This document shows, in pieces, positions 36,001 to 48,000 of a stretch of DNA of 64,000 nucleotides. The DNA is taken from positions 29,636,001-29,700,000 of the forward strand of contig OZ024752.1 in assembly GCA_964016885.1 (NCBI GenBank), in the 5' to 3' direction. A program made the position numbers and the translations under genes. The stretch is from Eledone cirrhosa (taxonomy: Eukaryota). The first letter of the stretch is position 1, and every line of letters begins with the position of its first letter. Under the pieces are notes generated by a model. It made no database searches. It saw nothing but the letters and a program-made list of their open reading frames with translations, and was not told the DNA's origin.

Positions 36001-39000
36001 ATACACTTGCTTGGGGAGGGGGAGGGATTCTTTTCTGAAGACTTTCTGCTGTCCTGCTCTCCCAGTCAAAAACACTTGCTTGGGGAGGAGGAGGGATTCT
36101 TTTCTGAAGACCTTCTGCTGTCCAGCTCTCCCAGTCCAAAACACTTGCTTGGGGAGGGGGAGGGATTCTTTTCTGAAGACTTTCTGCTGTCCTGCTCTCC
36201 CAGTCCAAAACACTTGCTTGGGGAGGGGGAGGGATTCTTTTCTGAAGACTTTCTGCTGTCCTGCTCTCCCAGTCCAAACACTTGCTTGGGAAGGGGGAGG
36301 GATTCTTTTCTGAAGACTTTCTGCTGTCCTGCTCTCCCAGTCCAAAACACTTGCTTGGGGAGGAGGAGGGATTCTTTTCTGAAGACCTTCTGCTGTCCAG
36401 CTCTCCCAGTCCAAAACACTTGCTTGGGGAGGGGGAGGGATTCTTTTCTGAAGACTTTCTGCTGTCCTGCTCTCCCAGTCCCAAACAATTGCTTGGGGAG
36501 GAGGAGGGATTCTTTTCTGAAGACCTTCTGCTGTCCAGCTCTCCCAGTCCAAAACACTTGCTTGGGGAGGGGGAGGGATTCTTTTCTGAAGACTTTCTGC
36601 TGTCCTGCTCTCCCAGTCCAAAACACTTGCTTGGGGAGGAGGAGGGATTCTTTTCTGAAGACATTCTGCTGTCCAGCTCTCCCAGTCCAAAACACTTGCT
36701 TGGGGAGGGGGAGGGATTCTTTTCTGAAGACCTTCTGCTGTCCTGCTCTCCCAGTCCAAAACACTTGCTTGGGGAGGGGGAGGGATTCTTTTCTGAAGAC
36801 TTTCTGCTGTCCTGCTCTCCCAGTCGAAAACACTTGCTTGGGGAGGGGGAGGGGTTCTTTTCTGAAGACCTTCTGCTGTCCAGCTCTCCCAGTCCAAAAC
36901 ACTTGCTTGGGGAGGGGGAGGGATTCTTTTCTGAAGACCTTCTGCTGTCCAGCTCTCCCTGTCCAAAACACTTGCTTGGGGAGGGGGAGGGATTCTTTCC
37001 TGAAGACTTTCTGCTGTCCAGCTCTCCCAGTCCAAAACACTTGCTTGGGGAGGGGGAGGTGTTCTTTTCTGAAGACTTTCTGCTGTCCAGCTCTCCCAGT
37101 CCAAAACACTTGCTTGGGGAGGGCGAGGGATTCTTTTTTGAAGACCTTCTGCTGTCCAGCTCTCCCAGTCCAAAACACTTGCTTGGGCATTGGGAGGGGT
37201 TCTTTTCTGAAGACTTTCTGCTGTCCAGCTCTCCCAGTCCAAAACATTTGCTTGGGGAGGGGGAGGGATTCTTTCTGAAGACCGTCTGCTGTCCAGCTCT
37301 CCCAGTCAAAAACACTTGCTTGGGGAGGGGGAGGGGTTCTTTTCTGAAGACTTTGTGGAGTCCAGCTCTCCCAGTCCAAAACACTTGCTTGGGGAGGGAG
37401 ATGGATTCTTTTCTGAAGACCTTCTGCTGTCCAGCTCTCCCAGTCCAAAACACTTGCTTGGGGAGGGGGAGGGATTCTTTTCTGAAGACTTTCTGCTGTC
37501 CAGCTCTCCCAGTCCAAAACACTTGCTTGGGGAGGGGGAGGGATTCTTTTCTGAAGACCTTCTGCTGTCCAGCTCTCCCAGTCCAAAACACTTGCTTGGG
37601 GAGGGGGAGGGATTCTTTTCTGAAGACCTTCTGCTGTCCAGCTCTCCCAGTCCAAAACACTTGCTTGGGGAGGGGGAGGGATTCTTTTCTGAAGACCTTC
37701 TGCTGTCCAGCTCTCCCAGTCCAAAACACTTGCTTGGGGAGGGGGAGGGGTTCTTTTCTGAAGACCTTCTGCTGTCCAGCTCTCCCAGTCCAAAACACTT
37801 GCTTGGGGAGGGGGAGGGGTTCTTTTCTGAAGACCTTCTGCTGTTCAGCTCTGCCAGTCCAAAACACTTGCTTGGGGAGGGGGAGGGATTCTTTTCTGAA
37901 GACCTTCTGCTGTTCAGCTCTCCCAGTCCAAAACACTTGCTTGGGGAGGGGGAGGGATTCTTTTCTGAAGACCTTCTGCTGTCCAGCTCTCCCAGTCCAA
38001 AACACTTGCTTGGGGAGGGGGAGGGATTCTTTTCTGAAGACCTTCTGCTGACCAGCTCCCCCAGTCCAAAACACTTGCTTGGGGAGGGGGAGGGATTCTT
38101 TTCTGAAGACCTTCTGCTGTCCAGCTCTCCCAGTCCAAAACACTTGCTTGGGGAGGGGGAGGGATTCTTTTCTGAAGACCTTCTGCTGTCCAGCTCTCCC
38201 AGTCCAAAACACTTGCTTGGGGAGGGGGAGGGGTTCTTTTCTGAAGACCTTCTGCTGTCCAGCTCTCCCAGTCCAAAACACTTGCTTGGGGAGGGGGAGG
38301 GGTTCTTTTCTGAAGACCTTCTGCTGTCCAGCTCTCCCAGTCCAAAACACTTGCTTGGGGAGGGGGAGGGATTCTTTTCTGAAGACCTTCTGCTGTCCAG
38401 CTCTCCCAGTCCAAAACACTTGCTTGGGGAGGGGGAGGGATTCTTTTCTGAAGACCTTCTGCTGTTCAGCTCTGCCAGTCCAAAACACTTGCTTGGGGAG
38501 GGGGAGGGATTCTTTTCTGAAGACCTTCTGCTGTCCAGCTCTCCCAGTCCAAAACACTTGCTTGGGGAGGGGGAGGGGTTCTTTTCTGAAGACCTTCTGC
38601 TGTCCAGCTCTCCCAGTCCAAAACACTTGCTTGGGGAGGGGGAGGGGTTCTTTTCTGAAGACCTTCTGCTGTCCATCTCTCCCAGTCCAAAACACTTGCT
38701 TGGGGAGGCGGAGGTGTTCTTTTCTGAAGACTTTCTGCTGTCCAGCTCTCCCAGGCCAAAACACTTGCTTGGGGAGGGGGAGGGGTTCTTTTCTGAAGAC
38801 CTTCTGCTGTCCATCTCTCCCAGTCCAAAACACTTGCTTGGGGAGGGGGAGGTGTTCTTTTCTGAAGACTTTCTGCTGTCCAGCTCTCCCAGTCCAAAAC
38901 ACTTGCTTGGGGAGGGGGAGGGATTCTTTTCTGAAGACTTTCTGCTGTCCAGCTCTCCCAGTCCAAAACACTTGCTTGGGGAGGGGGAGGGATTCTTTTC

Positions 39001-42000
39001 TGAAGACCTTCTGCTGTTCAGCTCTCCCAGTCCAAAACACTTGCTTGGGGAGGGGGAGGGGTTCTTTTCTGAAGACTTTCTGCTGTCCAGCTCTCCCAGG
39101 CCAAAACACTTGCTTGGGGAGGGGGAGGGGTTCTTTTCTGAAGACCTTCTGCTGTCCATCTCTCCCAGTCCAAAACACTTGCTTGGGGAGGGGGAGGTGT
39201 TCTTTTCTGAAGACTTTCTGCTGTCCAGCTCTCCCAGACCAAAACACTTGCTTGGGGAGGGGGAGGGGTTCTTTTCTGAAGACCTTCTGCTGTCCATCTC
39301 TCCCAGTCCAAAACACTTGCTTGGGGAGGGGGAGGTGTTCTTTTCTGAAGACTTTCTGCTGTCCAGCTCTCCCAGTCCAAAACACTTGCTTGGGGAGGGG
39401 GAGGGGTTCTTTTCTGAAGACTTTCTGCTGTCCAGCTCTCCCAGTCCAAAACACTTGCTTGGGGAGGGGGAGGGGTTCTTTTCTGAAGACTTTCTGCTGT
39501 CCAGCTCTCCCAGGCCAAAACACTTGCTTGGGGAGGGGGAGGGGTTCTTTTCTGAAGACCTTCTGCTGTCCATCTCTCCCAGTCCAAAACACTTGCTTGG
39601 GGAGGGGGAGGTGTTCTTTTCTGAAGACTTTCTGCTGTCCAGCTCTCCCAGTCCAAAACACTTGCTTGGGGAGGGGGAGGGGTTCTTTTCTGAAGACTTT
39701 CTGCTGTCCAGCTCTCCCAGTCCAAAACACTTGCTTGGGGAGGGGGAGGGGTTCTTTTCTAAAGACCTTCTGCTGTCCAGCATCTCCCAGGCCAAAACAC
39801 TTGCTTGGGGAGGGGGAGGGGTTCTTTTCTGAAGACTTTCTGCTGTCCTGCTCTCCCAGTCCAAAACACTTGCTTGGGGAGGGGGAGGGGTTCTTTTCTA
39901 AAGACCTTCTGCTGTCCAGCATCTCCCAGGCCAAAACACTTGCTTGGGGAGGGGGAGGGGTTCTTTTCTGAAGACCTTCTGCTGTCCAGCTCTCCCAGTC
40001 CAAAACACTTGCTTGGGGAGAGGGAGGGGTTCTTTTCTGAAGACCTTCTGCTGTCCAGCTCTCCCAGGCCAAAACACTTGCTTGGGGAGGGGGATGGATT
40101 CTTTTCTGAAGACCTTCTCCTGTCCAGCTCTCCCAGTCCAAAACACTTGCTTGGGGAGGGGGAGGGGTCATTTTCTGAAGACTTTCTGCTGTCCAGCTCT
40201 CCCAGGCCAAAACACTTGCTTGGGGAGGGGGAGGGGTTCTTTTCTGAAGACCTTCTGCTGTCCAGCTCTCCCAGGCCAAAACACTTGCTTGGGGAGGGGG
40301 AGGGGTTCTTTTCTGAAGACTTTGTGCTGTCCAGCTCTCCCAGGCCAAAACACTTGCTTGGGGAGGGGGAGGGGTTCTTTTCTGAAGACTTTCTGCTGTC
40401 CAGCTCTCCCAGGCCAAAACACTTGCTTGGGGAGGGGGAGGGGTTCTTTTCTGAAGACTTTCTGCTGTCCAGCTCTCCCAGTCCAAAACACTTGGTTGGG
40501 GAGGGGGAGGGATTCTTTTCTGAAGACTTTCTGCTGTCCTGCTCTCCCAGTCAAAAACACTTGCTTGGGGAGGAGGAGGGATTCTTTTCTGAAGACCTTC
40601 TGCTGTCCAGCTCTCCCAGTCCAAAACACTTGCTTGGGGAGGGGGAGGGATTCTTTTCTGAAGACTTTCTGCTGTCCTGCTCTCCCAGTCCAAACACTTG
40701 CTTGGGAAGGGGGAGGGATTCTTTTCTGAAGACTTTCTGCTGTCCTGCTCTCCCAGTCCAAAACACTTGCTTGGGGAGGAGGAGGGATTCTTTTCTGAAG
40801 ACCTTCTGCTGTCCAGCTCTCCCAGTCCAAAACACTTGCTTGGGGAGGGGGAGGGATTCTTTTCTGAAGACTTTCTGCTGTCCTTCTCTCCCAGTCCAAA
40901 ACACTTGCTTGGGGAGGGGGAGGGATTCTTTTCTGAAGACTTTCTGCTGTCCTGCTCTCCCAGTCCAAAACACTTGCTTGGGGAGGGGGAGGGATTCTTT
41001 TCTGAAGACTTTCTGCTGTCCTGCTCTCCCAGTCGAAAACACTTGCTTGTGGAGGGGGAGGGGTTCTTTTCTGAAGACCTTCTGCTGTCCAGCTCTCCCA
41101 GTCCAAAAAACTTGCTTGGGGAGAGGGAGGGATTCTTTTCTGAAGACCTTCTGCTGTCCAGCTCTCCCTGTCCAAAACACTTGCTTGGGGAGGGGGAGGG
41201 ATTCTTTCCTGAAGACTTTCTGCTGTCCAGCTCTCCCAGTCCAAAACACTTGCTTGGGGAGGGGGAGGTGTTCTTTTCTGAAGACTTTCTGCTGTCCAGC
41301 TCTCCCAGTCCAAAACACTTGCTTGGAGAGGGCGAGGGATTCTTTTTTGAAGACCTTCTGCTGTCCAGCTCTCCCAGTCCAAAACACTTGCTTGGGCATT
41401 GGGAGGGGTTCTTTTCTGAAGACTTTCTGCTGTCCAGCTCTCCCAGTCCAAAACACTTGCTTGGGGAGGGGGAGGGATTCTTTTCTGAAGACTTTCTGCT
41501 GTCCAGCTCTCCCAGTCCAAAACACTTGCTTGGGGAGGGGGAGGGATTCTTTTCTGAAGACCTTCTGCTGTCCAGCTCTCCCAGTCCAAAACACTTGCTT
41601 GGGGAGGGGGAGGGATTATTTTCTGAAGACCTTCTGCTGTCCAGCTCTCCCAGTCCAAAACACTTGCTTGGGGAGGGGGATGGATTCTTTTCTGAAGACC
41701 TTCTGCTATCCAGCTCTCCCAGTCCAAAACACTTGCTTGGGGAGGGGGATGGATTCTTTTCTGAAGACCTTCTGCTGTCCAGCTCTCCCAGTCCAAAACA
41801 CTTGCTTGGGGAGGGGGAGGGATTCTTTTCTGATGACTTTCTGCTGTCCAGCTCTCCCAGTCCAAAACACTTGCTTGGGGAGGAGGAGGGGTTCTTTTCT
41901 GAAGACTTTCTGCTGTCCAGCTCTCCCAGTCCAAAACACTTGCTTGGGGAGGGGGAGGGGTTCTTTTCTGAAGACTTTGCGCTGTCCAGCTCTCCCAGTC

Positions 42001-45000
42001 CAAAACACTTGTTTGGGGAGGGGGAGGGATTCTTTTCTGAAGACTTTCTGCTGTCCAACTCTCCCAGTCCAAAACACTTGCTTGGGGAGGGGGAGGGATT
42101 CTTTTCTGAAGACCTTCTGCTGTCCAGCTCTCCCAGTCCAAAACACTTGCTTGGGGAGGGGGAGGGGTTCTTTTCTGAAGACTTTCTGCTGTCCAGCTCT
42201 CCCAGTCCAAAACACTTGTTTGGGGAGGGGGAGGGATTCTTTTCTGAAGACTTTCTGCTGTCCAACTCTCCCAGTCCAAAACACTTGTTTGGGGAGGGGG
42301 AGGGATTCTTTTCTGAAGACCTTCTGCTGTCCAGCTCTCCCAGTCCAAAACACTTGCTTGGGGAGGGGGATGGATTCTTTTCTGAAGACCTTCTGCTGTC
42401 CAGCTCTCCCAGTCCAAAACACTTGCTTGGGGAGGGGGATGGATTCTTTTCTGAAGACCTTCTGCTGTCCAGCTCTCCCAGTCCAAAACACTTGCTTGGG
42501 GAGGGGGATGGATTCTTTTCTGAAGACCTTCTGCTGTCCAGCTCTCCCAGTCCAAAACACTTGCTTGGGGAGGGGGAGGGATTCTTTTCTGAAGACTTTC
42601 TGCTGTCCAGCTCTCCCAGTCCAAAACACTTGTTTGGGGAGGGGGATGGATTCTTTTCTGAAGACTTTCTGCTGTCCAGCTCTCCCAGTCCAAAACACTT
42701 GCTTGGGGAGGGGGATGGATTCTTTTCTGAAGACCTTCTGCTGTCCAGCTCTCCCAGTCCAAAACACTTGCTTGGGGAAGGGGAGGGATTCTTTTCTGAA
42801 GACTTTCTGCTGTCCAGCTCTCCCAGTCCAAAACACTTGCTTGGGGAGGGGGAGGGATTCTTTTCTGAAGACTTTCTGCTGTCCAGCTCTCCCAGTCCAA
42901 AACACTTGCTTGGGGAGGGGGATGGATTCTTTTCTGAAGACCTTCTGCTGTCCAGCTCTCCCAGTCCAAAACACTTGCTTGGGGAGGGGGAGGGATTCTT
43001 TTCTGAAGACTTTCTGCTGTCCAGCTCTCCCAGTCCAAAACACTTGTTTGGGGAGGGGGATGGATTCTTTTCTGAAGACTTTCTGCTGTCCAGCTCTCCC
43101 AGTCCAAAACACTTGCTTGGGGAGGGGGATGGATTCTTTTCTGAAGACCTTCTGCTGTCCAGCTCTCCCAGTCCAAAACACTTGCTTGGGGAGGGGGATG
43201 GATTCTTTTCTGAAGACCTTCTGCTGTCCAGCTCTCCCAGTCCAAAACACTTGCTTGGGGAGGGGGAGGGATTCTTTTCTGAAGACTTTCTGCTGTCCAG
43301 CTCTCCCAGTCCAAAACACTTGCTTGGGGAGGGGGATGGATTCTTTTCTGAAGACCTTCTGCTGTCCAGCTCTCCCAGTCCAAAACACTTGCTTGGGGAG
43401 GGGGATGGATTCTTTTCTGAAGACCTTCTGCTGTCCAGCTCTCCCAGTCCAAAACACTTGCTTGGGGAGGGGGAGGGATTCTTTTCTGAAGACTTTCTGC
43501 TGTCCAGCTCTCCCAGTCCAAAACACTTGCTTGGGGAGGGGGATGGATTCTTTTCTGAAGACCTTCTGCTGTCCAGCTCTCCCAGTCCAAAACACTTGCT
43601 TGGGGAGGGGGAGGGATTCTTTTCTGAAGACTTTCTGCTGTCCAGCTCTCCCAGTCCAAAACACTTGCTTGGGGAGGGGGATGGATTCTTTTCTGAAGAC
43701 CTTCTGCTGTCCAGCTCTCCCAGTCCAAAACACTTGCTTGGGGAGGGGGATGGATTCTTTTCTGAAGACCTTCTGCTGTCCAGCTCTCCCAGTCCAAAAC
43801 ACTTGCTTGGGGAGGGGGAGGGATTCTTTTCTGAAGACTTTCTGCTGTCCAGCTCTCCCAGTCCAAAACACTTGCTTGGGGAGGGGGATGGATTCTTTTC
43901 TGAAGACCTTCTGCTGTCCAGCTCTCCCAGTCCAAAACACTTGCTTGGGGAGGGGGAGGGATTCTTTTCTGAAGACTTTCTGCTGTCCAGCTCTCCCAGT
44001 CCAAAACACTTGCTTGGGGAGGGGGAGGGATTCTTTTCTGAAGACTTTCTGCTGTCCAGCTCTCCCAGTCCAAAACACTTGCTTGGGGAGGGGGATGGAT
44101 TCTTTTCTGAAGACTTTCTGCTGTCCAGCTCTCCCAGTCCAAAACACTTGCTTGGGGAGGGGGAGGGACTCTTTTCTGAAGACCTTCTGCTGTCCAGCTC
44201 TCCCAGTCCAAAACACTTGCTTGGGGAGGGGGAGGGATTCTTTTCTGAAGACTTTCTGCTGTCCAGCTCTCCCAGTCCAAAACACTTGCTTGGGGAGGGG
44301 GAGGGATTCTTTTCTGAAGACCTTCTGCTGTTCAGCTCTCCCAGTCCAAAACACTTGCTTGGGGAGGGGGAGGGGTTCTTTTCTGAAGACTTTCTGCTGT
44401 CCATCTCTCCCAGTCCAAAACACTTGCTTGGGGAGGGGGAGGGATTCTTTTCTGAAGACCTTCTGTTGTCCAGCACTCCCAGTCCAAAACACTTGCTTGG
44501 GGAGGGGGAGGGATTCTTTTCTGAAGACTTTGTGCTGTCCAGCTCTCCCAGTCCAAAACCCTTGCTTGGGGAGGGGGAGGGATTCTTTTCTGAAGACCTT
44601 CTGCTGTCCTGCTCTCCCAGTCCAAAACACTTGCTTGGGGAGGGGGAGGGATTCTTTTCTGAAGACTTTCTGCTGTCCAGCTCTCCCAGTCCAAAACACT
44701 TGCTTGGGGAGGGGGAGGGATTCTTTTCTGAAGACCTTCTGCTGTCCAGCTCTCCCAGTCCAAAACACTTGGTTGGGAGGGGGAGGGATTCTTTTCTGAA
44801 GACCTTCTGCTGTCCAGCTCTCCCAGTCCAAAACTCTTGCTTGGGGAGGGGGAGGGATTCTTTTCTGAAGACCTTCTGCTGTCCAGCTCTCCCAGTCCAA
44901 AACACTTGCTTGGGGAGGGGGAGGGATTCTTTTCTGAAGACCTTCTGCTGTCCAGCTCTCCCAGTCCAAAACACTTGCTTGGGGAGGGGGAGGGGTTCTT

Positions 45001-48000
45001 TTCTGAAGACTTTCTGCTGTCCAGCTCTCCCAGTCCAAAACACTTGCTTGGGGAGGGGGAGGGATTCTTTTCTGAAGACTTTCTGCTGTCCAGCTCTCCC
45101 AGTCCAAAACACTTGCTTGGGGAGGGAGAGAGATTCTTTTCTGAAGACCTTCTGCTGTCCAGCTCTCCCAGTCCAAAACACTTGCTTGGGGAGAGGGAGG
45201 AATTCTTTTCTGAAGACTTTCTACTGTCCAGCTCTCCCAGTCCAAAACACTTGCTTGGGGAGGGGGAGGGATTCTTTTCTGAAGACTTTCTGCTGTCCAG
45301 CTCTCCCAGTCCAAAACACTTGCTTGGGGAGGGGGAGGGATTCTTTTCTGAAGACCTTCTGCTGTCCAGCTCTCCCAGTCCCAAACACTTGCTTGGGGAG
45401 GGGGAGGGATTCTTATCTGAAGACTTTCTGCTGTCCAGCTCTCCCAGTCGAAAACACTTGCTTGGGGAGGGGGAGAGATTCTTTTCTGAAGACCTTCTGC
45501 TGTCCAGCTCTCCCAGTCCAAAACACTTGCTTGGGGAGGGGGAGGGATTCTTTTCTGAAGACTTTCTGCTGTCCAGCTCTCCCAGTCCAAAACACTTGCT
45601 TGGGGAGGGGGAGGGATTCTTTTCTGAAGACCTTCTGCTGTCCAGCTCTCCCAGTCCAAAACACTTGCTTGGGGAGGGGGAGGGATTCTTTTCTGAAGAC
45701 TTTCTGCTGTCCAGCTCTCCCAGTCCAAAACACTTGCTTGGGGAGGGGGAGGGATTCTTATCTGAAGACCTTCTGCTGTCCAGCTCTCCCAGTCCAAAAC
45801 ACTTGCTTGGGGAGGGGGAGGGTTTCTTTTCTGAAGACTTTCTGCTGTCCAGCTCTCCCAGTCCAAAACACTTGCTTGGGGAGGGGGAGGGATTCTTTTC
45901 TGAAGACTTTCTGCTGTCCAGCTCTCCTAGTCCAAAACACTTGCTTGGGGAGGGGGAGGGATTCTTTTCTGAAGACCTTCTGCTGTCCAGCTCTCCCAGT
46001 CCAAAACACTTGCTTGGGGAGGGAGAGGGATTCTTTTCTGAAGACCTTCTGCTGTCCAGCTCTCCCAGTCCAAAACACTTGCTTGGGGAGGGGGAGGGAT
46101 TCTTTTCTGAAGACTTTCTGCTGTCCAGCTCTCCCAGTCCAAAACACTTGCTTGGGGAGGGATTCTTTTCTGAAGACTTTCTGCTGTCCAGCTCTCCCAG
46201 GCCAAAACACTTGCTTGGGGAGGGGGAGGGGTTCTTTTCTGAAGACTTTCTGCTGTCCAGCTCTCCCAGTCCAAAACACTTGCTTGGGGAGGGGGAGGGG
46301 TTCTTTTCTGAAGACTTTCTGCTGTCCAGCTCTCCCAGTCCAAGACACTTGCTTGGGGAGGGGGAGGGATTCTTTTCTGAAGACTTTCTGCTGTCCAGCT
46401 CTCCCAGTCCAAAACACTTGCTTGGGGAGGGGGAGGGGTTCTTTTCTGAAGACTTTCTGCTGTCCAGCTCTCCCAGTCCAAGACACTTGCTTGGGGAGGG
46501 GGAGGGATTCTTTTCTGAAGACTTTCTGCTGTCCAGCTCTCCCAGTCCAAAACACTTGCTTGGGGAGGGGGAGGGATTCCTTTCTGAAGACTTTCTGCTG
46601 TCCAGCTCTCCCAGGCCAAAACACTTGCTTGGGGAGGGGGAGGGGTTCTTTTCTGAAGACTTCTGCTGTCCAGCTCTCCCAGTCCAAAACACTTGCTTGG
46701 GGAGGGGGAGGGGTTCTTTTCTGAAGATTTTCTGCTGTCCAGCTCTCCCAGTCTAAAACACGTGCTTGGGGAGGGGGAGGGATTCTTTTCTGAAGACCTT
46801 CTGCTGTCCAGCTCTCCCAGTCCAAAACACTTGCTTGGGGAGGGGGAGGGATTCTTTTCTGAAGACCTTCTGCTGTCCAGATCTCCCACTCCAAAACACT
46901 TGCTTGGGGAGGGGGAGGGATTATTTTCTGAAGACCTTCTGCTGTCCAGCTCTCCCAGTCCAAAACACTTGCTTGGGGAGGGGGAGAGATTCTTTTCTGA
47001 AGACTTTCTGCTGTCCAGCTCTCCCAGTCCAAAACACTTGCTTGGGGAGGGGGAGGGATTCTTTTCTGAAGACTTTCTGCTGTCCAGCTCTCCCAGTCCA
47101 AAACACTTGCTTGGGGACGGGGAGGGATTCTTTTCTGAAGACCTTCTGCTGTCCAGCTCTCCCAGTCCAAAACACTTGGTTGGGGAGGGGGAGGGATTCT
47201 TTTCTGAAGACTTTCTGCTGTCCAGCTCTCCCAGGCCAAAACACTTGCTTGGGGAGGGGGAGGGGTTCTCTTCTGAAAACTATCTGCTGTCCAGCTCTCC
47301 CAGTCCAAAACACTTGCTTGGGGACGGGGAGGGACTCTTTTCTGAAGACCTTCTGCTGTCCAGCTCTCCCAGTCCAAAACACTTGCTTGGGGAGGGGGAG
47401 GGATTCTTTTCTGAAGACTTTCTGCTGTCCAGCTCTCCCAGTCCAAAACACTTGCTTGGGGAGGGGAAGGGGTTCTTTTCTGAAGACCTTCTGCTGTCCA
47501 GCTCTCCCAGTCCAAAACACTTGGTTGGGGAGGGGGAGGGATTCTTTTCTGAAGACTTTCTGCTGTCCAGCTCTCCCAGTCCAAAACACTTGCTTGGGGA
47601 GGGGGAGGGATTCTTTTCTGAAGACCTTCTGCTGTCCAGCTCTCCCAGTCCAAAACACTTGCTTGGGGAGGGGGAGGGATTCTTTTCTGAAGACTTTCTG
47701 CTGTCCAGCTCTCCCAGTCCAAAACACTTGCTTGGGGAGGGGGAGGGGTTCTTTTCTGAAGACTTTCTGCTGTCCAGCTCTGCCAGTCCAAAACACTTGC
47801 TTGGGGAGGGGGAGGTGTTCTTTTCTGAAGACTTTCTGCTGTCCAGCTCTCCCAGTCCAGAACATTTGCTTGGGGACGGGGAGGGATTCTTTTCTGAAGA
47901 CCTTCTGCTGTCCAGCTCTCCCAGTCCAAAACACTTGGTTGGGGAGGGGGAGGTGTTCTTTTCTGAAGACTTTCTGCTGTCCAGCTCTCCCAGTCCAAAA

